From NCBI RefSeq assembly GCF_963921235.1, contig NC_086097.1:167526001-167590000 (forward strand): 64,000 nucleotides of DNA. Reading direction: 5' to 3'. The stretch is from Mobula hypostoma. Lineage: Eukaryota. Each line of letters begins with the position of its first letter. Position 1 is the first letter of the stretch. The position numbers and the translations under genes are program-made. Under the pieces are notes generated by a model, which was not told where the DNA came from, ran no database searches, and was given only the letters and a program-made list of their open reading frames with translations. Below are positions 12,200 through 24,183 of this stretch, piece after piece.

Positions 12200-13530
12200 T
12201 TCGAATGGATGCCGTGAGCATTAGGGAATTGGAGCTGGAGCTGGATGAACACATCATTCAGGAAAATGAAGGATTGATTGACAGGAGATACAGGGAGGTA
12301 ACTATGCCCAAGGTGCGGGACACAGGTAAATGGGTGACTGTCAGGACAGAGAAAGGGAATAGGCAGCCAGAGCAGGGTACTCCTGTGGTCACTCCCTCAG
12401 TGACAGGTATACACTTTGGATACCATTGTGGGGATGACCTAGTAGAGGAAAATCACAGAGTCAGGTCTCTGGCACTGAGTCTGGCTCTGTGGTTCAGAAG
12501 GGAAGTGGGGAGGAATGGTGAGCAGCAGTGATTAGGGATTCATTGGTTAGGGGAACAGACAGGAGGTTCTGTGGATGAGAACGAGATTCCCGGATGGTAT
12601 GTTGCCTCTTAGGTGTCAGAAGTGTCTCGGATTGAGTCTGTAGCATTCTTAAGGGTGAAGGTGAACAGCTAGAGGTTGTGGGCCATATCAGAGCCAATGA
12701 CATAGGCAGAAAGAGTGGTGACGTCCTGCAAAGTGAGTTCAAGGAGTTAGGTGCTAAATTAAAGGACAGGACTGCCAGGGTGGTGATCTTAGGAATACTA
12801 ACTTGTGCCGTGTGCTGGTCAGGCCAGAAATAGGAAGATAATACAGTTTAACAGTGGCTAAGGAGAGTGTGCAGGAGGGAGAACTTCAGATTTTGAATCA
12901 GTGGACTCTCTTCTAGGGAAGGTGAGATCTGTACAGATAGGACGATTTGTACCTGAACTGGAAAGGGACAAATGTCCTTGCAGGAAGGTCGGCTCATCCT
13001 GCCTTGGGGTGGTTAAACTAGAGTTGGTGGGAGATGGGAACCAGAGTGCCCAGGCAGGTAGTGCAGTGGTGTGGGAGAGAAGATGTTAGCCATTAGTGAG
13101 ACCTGGTTGCAGGAGTAGCAGAGTGGCAGCTTAATTTTCTGGGGTTCTGTTGTTTTAGACAGGATAGAGTGGGAGGTATTAAAGGGGAGGAATGGCATTT
13201 TTCCCTTATCAGGGAAAATGTCGTGCATGACAGTGTTCAGACAGGACTGACTGTAGGGTTCATCTACTGTAGTTATATGGGCGGAACTGGGGAATAAAAA
13301 ATGGATGGGATTATATTTATAGACCAACCAATAGTCAGCAGGATTTAGAGGAGTAAATTTGTAGATTTGTAGAGAAAAAGCAAAAAACTAAGGTTGTGAT
13401 TGTAGGCAAATTTAATTTTCTAAATATTGACTGGGACTCCCATACTATAAAAGAACTGGATGGTATAGAGTTTGTCAAATATGTTCAGGAAAGTTCTCTT
13501 AATCAATATATTAAGGTCCCAACTACAGAG
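12200..13530 (+). mobile_element. CR1 5' region: decayed ORF1 (SGNH/esterase-like) and start of ORF2 endonuclease
   Basis: IRELELELDE coiled coil; VIRDSLVRGTDRRFCG*ERDSRMVCCL..ILKGEGEQLEVVGHIRANDIG; later VVIVGKFNF.NIDWD. Many stops and frameshifts. Confidence 0.75.
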
Positions 13531-13539
13531 TGAGTTGTG

Positions 13540-15620
13540 ACTGAAAGAACAGCTGGGAGCTTCATATCCAAGGGTGGACATTGTATCAAAAGAATGGGCA
13601 AGCGGACAGAGGGTGTGGGGTTTCTCTGTTGATAAAAAATGAAATAAATTCTTCAGAAAGAAGTGCCATAAGACTATAAGACCATAATATATAGGAGCAG
13701 AAGTAGGCCACTCAGCCCATTGAGTCTGTTCCACCATTCAATCATGGGCTGATCCAATTCTTCCAGTTGTCCTCACTCCCCTGCCTTCTCCCCATACCCT
13801 TTGATGCCCTGGCTAATCAAGAACCTGTCTATCTCTGCCTTAAATGCACCCAATGACTTGGCCTCCACAGCTGGTATTTTATACCTCTAGAAATGAATGC
13901 CAACATTGCATTCACCTTCTTCACAACAGACTCAACCTGGAGGTTAACCTTTAGGGTATCTTGCACAAGGACTCCCAAGTCCCTTTGCATCTCTGCATTT
14001 TGAATTATCTCCCCATCTAAATAATAGTCTACCTATTTGTTTCTTCCACCAAAGTACATGACCATACACTTTCCAACATTGTATTTCATTTGCCACTTCT
14101 TTACCCATTCCCCTAATCTATCTAAGTCTCTCTGCAGGCCCTCTGTTTCCTCAACACTACCTGCTCTTCCACCTATCTTTGTATTATCGGCAAATTTAGC
14201 TTCAAATCCGTTAATCCCATAGTTCAAATCATTGACATACATCGTAAAAACCAGCGGTCACAGCACTGATCCCTGTGGAACTCCACTGCTAACCGGCAGC
14301 CAGCCAGAATAGGATCCCTTTATTCCCACTCTCTGTTTTCTGCTGACCAGCCAATGCTCCACCCATGCTAGTAACTTCCCTGTAATTCCATGGGCTCTTA
14401 TCTCGCTAAGCAGCCTCATGTGCGGCACCTTATCAAAGGCCTTCTGAAAATCATGTCTACTGCACCTCCTTTGTCTACCCTGCTTGTAATTTCTTCAAGG
14501 AATTGCCGTAGGTTAGTCAGGCAGGATTTTCCTTTCAGGAAACCATGCTGGCTTTGGCCTATCTTGTCATGTGCCTCCAGGTATTCCGTAATCTCATCCC
14601 TAACAATCGACTCCAACAACTTCCCAACCACTGATGTCAGGCTAATAGATCTATAGTTTCCTTTCTGCTGCCTCCCACCCTTCCAAATTGCAATGTGCCG
14701 TAGGATCAGAAGATGTGGGTAGAGTTAAGAAACCGCAGAGGTACAAAGACCCTCATGAGAGTTACATTCAAGCTTCTGAATGGTAGCCAGGATGTGGTAA
14801 AAACAATAATGATGGGAGATAGAAAAGGTATGTAAAATGGCAAATGTTACAATGGCCTTGGGGGATTTCAATATGGAGGTAGATTGGGAAAATCAGGTTG
14901 GTGCTGGATTACAGGAAGGGGAATTTCCTGAGTGCCTATGAGATAGCTTTTTAGAGCAGCTTGTGGTTAAGCCCACTAGAGGATCAACTATTCTGGATTG
15001 GGTGTTGTGCAGTGAATTAATTAGAGACCTTAAGGTAGAAGAACCCTTAGGGGCAAGTGATCATAATATGACAGAATTCGCCCTGCAGTTTGAGAAGGAG
15101 CAGCTAAAATCAGTACCAGCATTATAGTGGAGTAAAAAGAAATACAGAGACATGAGAGAGGAGCTGGCCAAAGTTGTTTGGAAGGGGATACTAGCAGGGA
15201 TGACAGCAGAGTAGCAATGGCTGGAGTTCTGGGAGTAACTGAAAAGGCACAGGATTGGTTCATTTCAAAGAAGAAGAAGCATTCTAAGGGGAGGATGGGA
15301 CAACTGTGCCTCACAAGGGAAGATAAAGACAACATAAAAGTAAATGGGGGAGCATACAATACAGCAGAAAACATCAGAAAGCTATAAGATTGAGAAGATT
15401 TTAAAAAAACAGCAGAAGGCAACCGAAAAAGCAATAAGGAGTGAAAAGATGAAATATGAAGATAAGCTTGCCATTAACATAAAAAATGATAACAAATTTT
15501 TTTTTCAAATACATAAAGAGTGAAAGAGAGGCAAGAGTGGATATTACACTGCTGGAAAATATCCCCTCTTGGAAAGGTAACAATAGGGGACAGGGAAATG
15601 AGGGATAAACTGAACAGTAT
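13540..15620 (+). mobile_element. CR1 ORF2 endonuclease region, interrupted by an antisense CR1
   Basis: Remnants GDFNMEVDWENQ, ILDWVLC, EPLGASDHN; the sequence is colinear across the 13671-14694 insertion. Confidence 0.75.
13671..14694 (-). mobile_element. CR1 LINE (RT to 3' end, internally deleted) nested in CR1
   Basis: Minus ORFs VGKLLESIVRDEITEYLE..QHGFLKGKSCLTNL and AKFADNTKIGG; (taagac)-type tail at ~13670; TSD GTGCCATA/GTGCCGTA (13663-13670, 14695-14702). Confidence 0.85.
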
Positions 15621-17150
15621 GTAGATGTGGTGAGCAAGTACATTTGCACTTCCCGTATCACAGCTCTGTCTCTCTAACACCACCCTCCCTCATTGCAACC
15701 TCCTAAGATCTACACTTCTCAATATACAGCAGTGGCACAGATTGTCTGCTAATGGAATCTTCCTGCACACAAATTTAATGATGCATTTCAAAACACACCA
15801 GGGACCGCACATCAGAAGTACTCAGTTGGGACATCACAAGGTTGTAAAATATCTTCACAACATAATGATACAAATCTGCACCACTCTAAGATCGTGCCCT
15901 TTGTTCAACAGTTATATTTTCATTGGTTTCCATTCGCTAGAACCATTTTCAATTGCTTAGATTCTATTTCCATTATTCAGGTCCATTTTCCATTTGTACT
16001 TACTAGATTCATTTTCCACTATTAAGTAAATTTTCCATTGGTTAGAATCATTTTCCATTTGTCAGAACTATTTTGTCAGCATTGATACTGCATTGAGTAA
16101 GAACCACATGTTTTCAATGATCCACCTGATCTTGTGATTTCTTCTACAAAGATGTGTGGTGCAACATTTAGGCAACGCGCAGGGTCAAAGATATAACTTT
16201 TCATTTAATTTTGCATTTGCTTTCATGGGTAAAGTTAGTGAGTGACTCATTTAATGCAAAGCTGCCATGGTCAGCGAATGTTGAGTGATGTTAATGGACA
16301 GAGTGCTGCTCTGATTAATATTTGAGCAGCCAACATTTCAGGGTCTTGGGAACATGATGGAGCCTTATTCATATTGAAAGTGAGTTAGTGAAAGTTGGCC
16401 CTCAGTTATCACAGCTATCTGAATAGGAATTGCCAGCGCTTTACTACTGGAACATTAGTGAATTAAATCACTTCTTTGGATAAGATAAAAACATAGTAAA
16501 CATGTGAAGGATTCCAGGAAGTTGAATCCATTAGGGCAGAAAATAAAAGGCAAGCTCACTTTGCCAAAATCCTTGATAGCAGCATCCACAAAGAGTAGCA
16601 AAGTATTGAGAGGGTCAATGCATGAAAAATGTTCAATAGATACCTTAAATTATTCCCTCTGCACCTTCCTGCAATACAATCAATCAGGCTGCTTCTGCTG
16701 AAATTTTAAGATGTGACACCTGACCTTCAGCTTTTGTGAGACTGAACTTCTGCCCTTCTCCACATCAAGTGGGAATACAATGGTCACTTGTTGACCACAA
16801 TGGATTAATATTCCCAGATTCCTGATGAGGGACCTCAGCAAAGCTGCATTTAACTGGTACAGTCAATGTCCTTTTTACATAGAATGAGATAGCAGAGCAG
16901 AAAACAGACTCTTCAGCCCATCTATTCTATACTAGTCTTTTATGTTTAATAGGAGCCCCCTATACTTCACTTTTCTGACTTCACAGTTTCTTTCTATTCC
17001 TTTCTCTATCATGTACGTAACTAATTACATCTTAGTCAACTTAATTGAATGCAATGAGCAGTGTTTGAGCAGTTCATCTTCCATCTATAGGTACTTAAAA
17101 ATATTTGGCTGGGTGGAAGCTGATGTCCTGATGATCAGTTTCAAGGACAA

Positions 17151-17461
17151 TGTCGGGCCTGCACATGCAGGTTCCTCCAAGTCCCCATACAGCTAATAGG
17201 AGTTACCTGCCACTCATTTCTAACTCATCACCTGCAGCCCATTTAAACCCAGCTTTCATCCACATCCTTGTTCACTCATTGAACCAGTTGCTCCTTGCCT
17301 TCAGTGACCTTGTGAACTGTTGTGTTTATTATCTGTTCTCCCTTGTTTTGTGACCCCTTGTGGCTTGTTATTTTTGCAGTCCATTATTAAAGCTATCACT
17401 CATTGTTGAATCATCTCTGCTGCTCTGTTTTTGAGTCAAGCCTCCTCTACATTTCCTGACA
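17151..17461 (+). mobile_element. Solo LTR (Gypsy-type), 311 bp
   Basis: TGTCGGG...CCTGACA ends; TSD GACAA/GACAG; internal atttaaa TATA-like box and ATTAAA. Confidence 0.75.
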
Positions 17462-17548
17462 GACAGCTACTTCCCATCTACCATTAGTACTTAAACCAAC
17501 CTGCATGACCCCAAGCATTATAGCAAAACTGTGATCATTTGACCACTT

Positions 17549-18233
17549 AGATTAGATTATGAGAACACTCAGTCCTCTTTTATTGTCATTTAGAAATGCA
17601 TGCATGCATTAAGAAATGATACAAGGTTTCTCCAGAGTGATATCACAGAAAACAGGACAAACTAAAGACTAACACTGACAGAACCACTTAATTACAACAT
17701 ATAGTCACAGCAGTGCAAAACAATACCATAATTTGATGAAGAACAAACCATGGGCACGGTAAATAAAGTCTCAAAAGTCCCCGAGTCGATCGACTCCCGA
17801 GTCCCTGATAGCAGGCGGCAAAAGGGAGAAACTCCCTGCCATAAACCTCCAGGCACCGTCAAATTGCCAATACCTTGGAAGCAGCCAACCACAGCCGACT
17901 CTGAGTCCATCCATCCGAAAACTCCGACCTTCCGACCAGCCTCTCTGATACAGCCTCCCGAGCGCCGTCCTCTGCTGAGCGCCTTCAACCTCGCCCCGAC
18001 CACTGAAACACGCAAAGCCGAGGATTTCGGTGCCTTCTGCTCCGGAGATTCCAGTTACCACACAGTAGCAGCAGGAGCGAAGTGGGCATTTCAGAAGTTT
18101 TCCAGGTGTTCCTCCGTACTCTCACATCCATCTCCATCAAATCAGAATTGTGCACGGTCCCCTACTTGACAGATAACAGATATTCATCACCGGAGAGGCC
18201 GCGCGCTGCCATCACGCCGCCACCTTCTCCTCC
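17549..18233 (-). mobile_element. 685-bp non-autonomous retroposon with (tctaa)n tail
   Basis: 11-bp TSD TTTGACCACTT (17538-17548, 18234-18244); minus-strand AATAAA then tctaatctaatct tail; CpG-rich 5' half starting ggaggagaaggtggcggcg; no RT motif. Confidence 0.8.
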
Positions 18234-19279
18234 TTTGACCACTTTTCACTACAATGGACTTTTTCATTTCAACTGTGTTCTTTTTTATAAAAATTGGCCA
18301 AATTTTGTGTTGATCTTATGAACATTGTATATCTGATGCTATGTACCTGTGATGTTGCTGCAAGTGTTTTTCTTGGCACCTGTGCATATGCCGTATGGAC
18401 CTGTGCATACAGTATGTATATGACAATATACAGCTATACATATGGACAGTACATAGAGTGGTAGGGCTTGGAGGGATATGGGCTGGATGCAGGAAACTGA
18501 GACTAGCTGAGTGAACAAGGTGGTTAGCTTAGACTAGTTGGGCCAAAAGGCCTATATCCATGCTGTATTGCTCTAAGCACAACTTTGACTTTGACTTTTG
18601 ACACAAAAGGGCCTATAGGGACATGGGCCAAACACAGGAAATGGGATTAGCTCAGATAAACTTCTTGGTCAACAATAACAAATTGGGTCAAATCATCTGC
18701 TTCTTTGTTGTATAACTTTATGGCTCTCTGACTTTTGCATGGAATAGTGTCAGTTTCTGTCTTCCCCTAAAAAAATGCCTATTACCCGTTCCCAATGTTC
18801 ATTTACTTATAAATATATAAGAATGATTAGCAGGAGATAGCATACTTCGCCATCATTTTCAGGTCTTTCTCTCAAGATTCCTAGAGAAAGGGAACCAAAC
18901 ACTAGAGGGCATAGATTTAAGGTGAGGAGGAAAGGTTTGACAGAGCCGTAAAGGACAACTTCCTCATGCAGAACGTGGTGCGTATCTTGAACAATCTGGC
19001 AAAATTACTAAGACAGGTACAATCATAACATTTAAATTACTTTCGTGTATGTACCTGGATGGAAAGGGTTTAGTGCAATGCAGGACAAATGTGTACAAAT
19101 GGGACTAGCTTAAGTGGGCACCGTACTCTGCATGGGTAAATTGGGCTGAAGGGCATCATTTCATACTGTATTACTTTATGATGCAACTCAAATGATTGCA
19201 TTGCGTCAGTCTTCATGCAATAAAAAAAGCTTCTCATATATATCAGAGGGAAAAGGGTCCAGTGAAAATCAGAGACTTA

Positions 19280-20500
19280 AGGATTTGTCAATAAATAACA
19301 TTGGAGAAGTTGAAGGTGATAAGTCCCTTGGGCCCAATGATCTACACCCGGAGGTTTGAGAGAGCTGGTTACAGAGAAAATGTATATCATAGTTATCATC
19401 CTCCAAAGTTCTACAGATGCTGGAATTATATCAGTAGATTGGTAGGTAGCAAATGTGACCCAACTGTTTAGCAAAGGAGGAAGTGAGAGAAATGACTAGA
19501 TGCTGGAAGTCTCTGAAAATGTGACTCTATAATAGTGAAGGGACTAGTGATGTATTTGGATCTTTGGAAATCATTCAATGTTGTCCTTCAATTGAGGTTG
19601 TTCAACACAGCTGAGTGCTTGATATTTACAGATAATATACTGACATGGATTGAGATTGGTTATCAGAGAGAGAGAGAGAGGGGGGGGGGAGGGAGGATAA
19701 ACAGGCCCTTCTCAGGTTGACTAATAAGGTACCATAGGAATCAGTGCTTGAGCCCTAATTCTTCACCATCAATATCAACATTTGCCTGAGGGGATGGAAT
19801 ATCATAGTTCTAAGCTTACAGATGACACCGTTAGGTGGGATTAAGAGGAGGGAGGAGGATGTAAAGAGGATTCAAGGAACGATAGACAGTCTGAGTAAAT
19901 GGGTGACAAAATTTACATGAAATAAAATGTTGAAAATCATGAGATCACTTTACTGCGCATAACAGAAAAGTATGGTGAAAGACTGAGTAGTGAAGATGTT
20001 AAAAGGGATATAGGTACCTCTGTATAAAGGTCTTATATAAGGACAAGGTGTAGGTGCAGGTAAGTGTTTGAGAGGACAAGGTATGTTAGCCTTCATTACA
20101 AGAGAATTTGAACACAGGACAAAATAAGCCTTGTTGCATTTGCCAGGGACCTTGATGAAACCATACTGCAGCAAAAATTCACTAGACTTACTCAATGGCT
20201 AGGTGTATGTGGAGAGATTGAATTGATCTGGTTCAGAAGAATAAGAGGAGATCTCTTCAAAACATACAAAATTCTTAAAAGACTTGACAGGCTAGATACT
20301 GGAAATATGTTTTCCCTGACTGAGGATTCCAGGACCAGTGGTCATAGTTTCAGAATAAGGGGACAGGGATGGGAAGAACTTGCTTCAGTTGGATGGTGTT
20401 GAATCTTTGGAATACTCCACACTCCAGATCTGATTACCTTCATTCAAATCAGGGAATCGATAGATTTCTTGTCATTAAGGGAATCAAGGGATGGTACTGA
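19280..20500 (+). mobile_element. Old, heavily decayed CR1 ORF2
   Basis: Remnants DKSLGPNDLHPEVLRE, W*VANVTQLF, ESVLEP, KLTDDT and a CR1-like C-terminus. Boundaries approximate. Confidence 0.65.
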
Positions 20501-21714
20501 AAATTTTATGTTCTTAATTTCCTGGCTCCCTCATCCAAGGCAGAAATATCAATAGGATATTTTTGCATTTTGTCATTTCCTTGTTAATATTATCCCACAG
20601 ACAGCATGCTTATAATCCAAACTATATTAAATTTACGGATTGCTTCTCACATCAGAGAGGAGTGCCTGTTCCCAGATAACTGAGTCCCAACAATTAGCTG
20701 ACCCAGACCCTACTCTGTATGGTAATGAGGTCGACTGGTATCAGTTAAGGTGAAGATGGAGATGATCCTATTTTGCACAGAACCTTGAGCTTCGGGTGGA
20801 GAACTTTGGCCAGAATTCTGCTCCTGAGGAAAGGTAGCAACTCTGCTGGAAGGACATCTCAGATTTTTCTGGGCTTACCTGCAGTGCTCCCTCATAACCA
20901 AGCACTTTATCAGATCGTGTATGTTGAAAACAACCACATGAGAACAACACCTCTTTTCATAATTAACAGTGTGTATCCATTGGTATTGGAATTGGTTTAT
21001 TATTATCACATGTCCCAAGATTTAGTGAAAAGCTTGTCTTGTATACTGTTCATTCAGACCAAGTCATCACACAGTGCATTGAGCTAGAATAAGATAAAAC
21101 AATAGCAATGCAGAATAAAGTATAAAAACTACCAATAGAGTGCAGTGCAGGTAAGTAGTAAGGTACATGAGATGGATTGTGAGGCCAGGGATCCATATTA
21201 TCGTACAAAAGGTCTGTTCAAGGGAGCTAAATAACAGTGGGATAGAAGCTGTCCTTGAAACTGGTGATACAGGCTTTAGGGCTTTTGTATCTTCTGCCCA
21301 ATGGGAGAGGGGAGAAGAGAGAATATCTGGGGGTGAGGGGTATTTGATTATGCTTGCTGCTTTACTGAGGCAAAGAGAAGTATAGACAGCATCCATAAAG
21401 GGGACTGGTTTGCCAAAATTTGCTCTCCCTCCCTAGCTAGTTAACAGAATTATCTACAGTTATTTTCCACACCTGTTGTGTTGGGATTCTAATTCTTATC
21501 TCAAAGTTCAGGCCCTGTAGATGAGTAGCTTAACCACATTTTGAGACATAGTATCCCTGAGGCAGTGCAAGCATCAAGTACTTATGGTATTGCTTCATTG
21601 GGCATTTTGATGCCTACACTGCCTTAGGTAAACTGGGTTTTAACCAAACAAAATAACTATTTGTCATTTCCATTCTGAAGGTACATATATGAATGATACG
21701 ATAAACCAAAGTTT

Positions 21715-22695
21715 GAAACACAGAAACATAGAAAATAGGTGCAGGAGTAGGCCATTCGGCCCTTCGAGCCTGCACCGCCATTTATTATGATCATGGCTGA
21801 TCATCCAACTCAGAACCCCGTACCAGCCTTCCCTCCATACCCCCTGATCCCCGTAGCCACAAGGGCCATATCTAACTCCCTCTTAAATATAGCCAATGAA
21901 CTGGCCTCAACTGTTTCCTGTGGCAGAGAATTCCACAGATTCACCACTCTCTGTGTGAAGAAGTTTTTCCTAATCTCGGTCCTAAAAGGCTTCCCCTTTA
22001 TCCTTAAACTGTGACCCCTCGTTCTGGACTTCCCCAACATCGGGAACAATCTTCCCGCATCTAGCCTATCCAATCCCTTTAGGATTTTATACGTTTCAAT
22101 CAGATCCCCCCTCAATCTTCTAAATTCCAACGAGTACAAGCCCAGTTCATCCAGTCTTTCTTCATATGAAAGTCCTGCCATCCCAGGAATCAATCTGGTG
22201 AACCTTCTTTGTACTCCCTCTATGGCAAGGATGTCTTTCCTCAGATTAGGGGACCAAAACTGCACACAATACTCCAGGTGTGGTCTCACTAAGGCCTTGT
22301 ACAACTGCAGTAGTACCTCCCTGCTCCTGTACTCGAATCCTCTCGCTATAAATGCCAGCATACCATTCGCCTTTTTCACCGCCTGCTGTACCTGCATGCC
22401 CACTTTCAATGACTGGTGTACAATGACACCCAGGTCTCGTTGCACCTCCCCTTTTCCTAATCGGCCACCATTCAGATAATAACCTGTTTTCCTATTTTTG
22501 CCACCAAAATGGATAACTTCATATTTATCCACATTAAATTGCATCTGCCATGAATTTGCCCACTCACCTAACCTATCCAAGTCACTCTGCATCCTCTTAG
22601 CATCCTCCTCACAGCTAACACTTCCACCCAGCTTCGTGTCATCCGCAAACTTGGAGATGCTGCATTTAATTCCCTCATCCAAGTCATTAATATAA
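21715..22695 (-). mobile_element. Young 5'-truncated CR1 LINE; uninterrupted 290-aa RT C-terminal frame
   Basis: ORF 21810-22682 with SKFADDTKLGG, LVRPHLEYCVQFWSP, TRGHSLRIKG; (tttctatg)-type tail at ~21715-21735. Confidence 0.95.
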
Positions 22696-24183
22696 CATAA
22701 GATCGGAGGTAACCTACAATTCGTATTACTATAGGACAGTACTGGGTAAATACTCCCAAATGATTGCCAAGTCTTGTGTATAAGTTACTAACCTTTAATT
22801 TCATTTTCAATATCTGTACATAGATATGTGACTCAAGACCTTTGCAGCAAAAGTAGTGCTGACCTGGATTTATATCTGTTGTGCAGAATATCAGATAAAC
22901 TGCAACAGCTCTTTTGAAACATCAAGTCATATTATGTTTCTCCCCCATACGATCCAAATGAAATCAATCAACTTGTAAAGTCTCTTTGGGCTGCTTGAGC
23001 CACTTGACTCCATCCTCCAGAACAACTACATCATGACATTTCTTAAATTGATTCAGAATGCATTTCAGCCACACTTCCAATGAGGCATTCTGGCTGTTGA
23101 TCAGATTCTGTAAAGAAATACTCTTCAAAGCTCTGTGTCCATGGTTTTTCTACAGCCCTGACGTACCTGAAAGTATCTCTTTACATTTACTTCATCTTCT
23201 TAAGAATGTGACATTTTTTAAAGGTCACCTCTGGGACATCTTTTTTATCACAATTCATTCCTCATCACTACTTCTGCAACCACCAAAAAACAGCTCTTCA
23301 TTTTCAGCTTCTTTACCTCGAATGCTGCCAATGTCTCTGATGCAAAGCAGATTATGAAAACTAATAAAGAAGCATACAAGGCCAAAGAATTCACACACAG
23401 CATTGGGAAATCCTGCAAATCTCTACAAATTCATGCAGAGCCTAGAAATTCGTTCACATGTCCTATTTTTCTCAAAGCTGCACAAATGAAGATCACTAGA
23501 TTGTGGAATGGTTCCCAAGGGCTAGAAAATTGCAAATGTCACTCCACTCTTTAAGGAGGGAGAGAGGCAGAAGAAAGGAAATTATAAGCCAGTTAGCCTG
23601 AATTCAGTGGTTGGAAAGATATTGGAGTCTATTATTAGGGATAAGGTTTCAGGGTATTAGAGGTAACATGATTAAGAAAAACAGGCCAAAGTTATACAGT
23701 TTAATATGTGGCTAAGGAGTTGGTGTACAGTAGAAGGGAAGGCATAAGACTTTTGGAGCATTGGGCTCTCTTCCAGGGAAGGTGGGACCTGTACAGAAAG
23801 AACAGTTTGCACCTGAACTGGAGGGGGACTAATATCCCAGCGGGTAGGCTTGTTAATGCTGCATGGTCGGTTGGGTTTAAGCCAGAGTTGCAGGGGGATG
23901 GGAACCAGAGTGCCAGAAGAGTTAGCGGAGAGGCTGTGCAGGCAGATATTGGTAAGACCTCAGACAAAGTTGGGAATCATGGTGTGACTCGTGTCCTGAG
24001 CTGTGTAGATTTCAATGCAAGAAATATTGTAGGAAAGGAAGATAATAGTGCTGGAGATGAGATAGCTAGTTTATAAACAGACGTAATGTGCAGTGAGGAG
24101 AGGCTGTTGATAGGGCAAAATTTCAGTCAACAGAATGAGTTGCAACGTGAAAGGCAGACAAAATTGAAAAGGGTGAATACGGG

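Noticed and set aside
13671..15620. Divergent CR1 pieces as a twin-priming 5' inversion
   Set aside because: The plus-strand CR1 starts upstream (~13540) and is colinear across the antisense copy, which has its own TSD, so this is simple nesting.
16555..16675. Minus-strand AG..GT interval with one open frame
   Set aside because: Poor polypyrimidine tract and no recognisable peptide.
17692..18321. Overlapping 79-139-aa ORFs and CpG island as a gene or promoter
   Set aside because: Largely within a GC-rich TSD-bounded retroposon; no recognisable domain.
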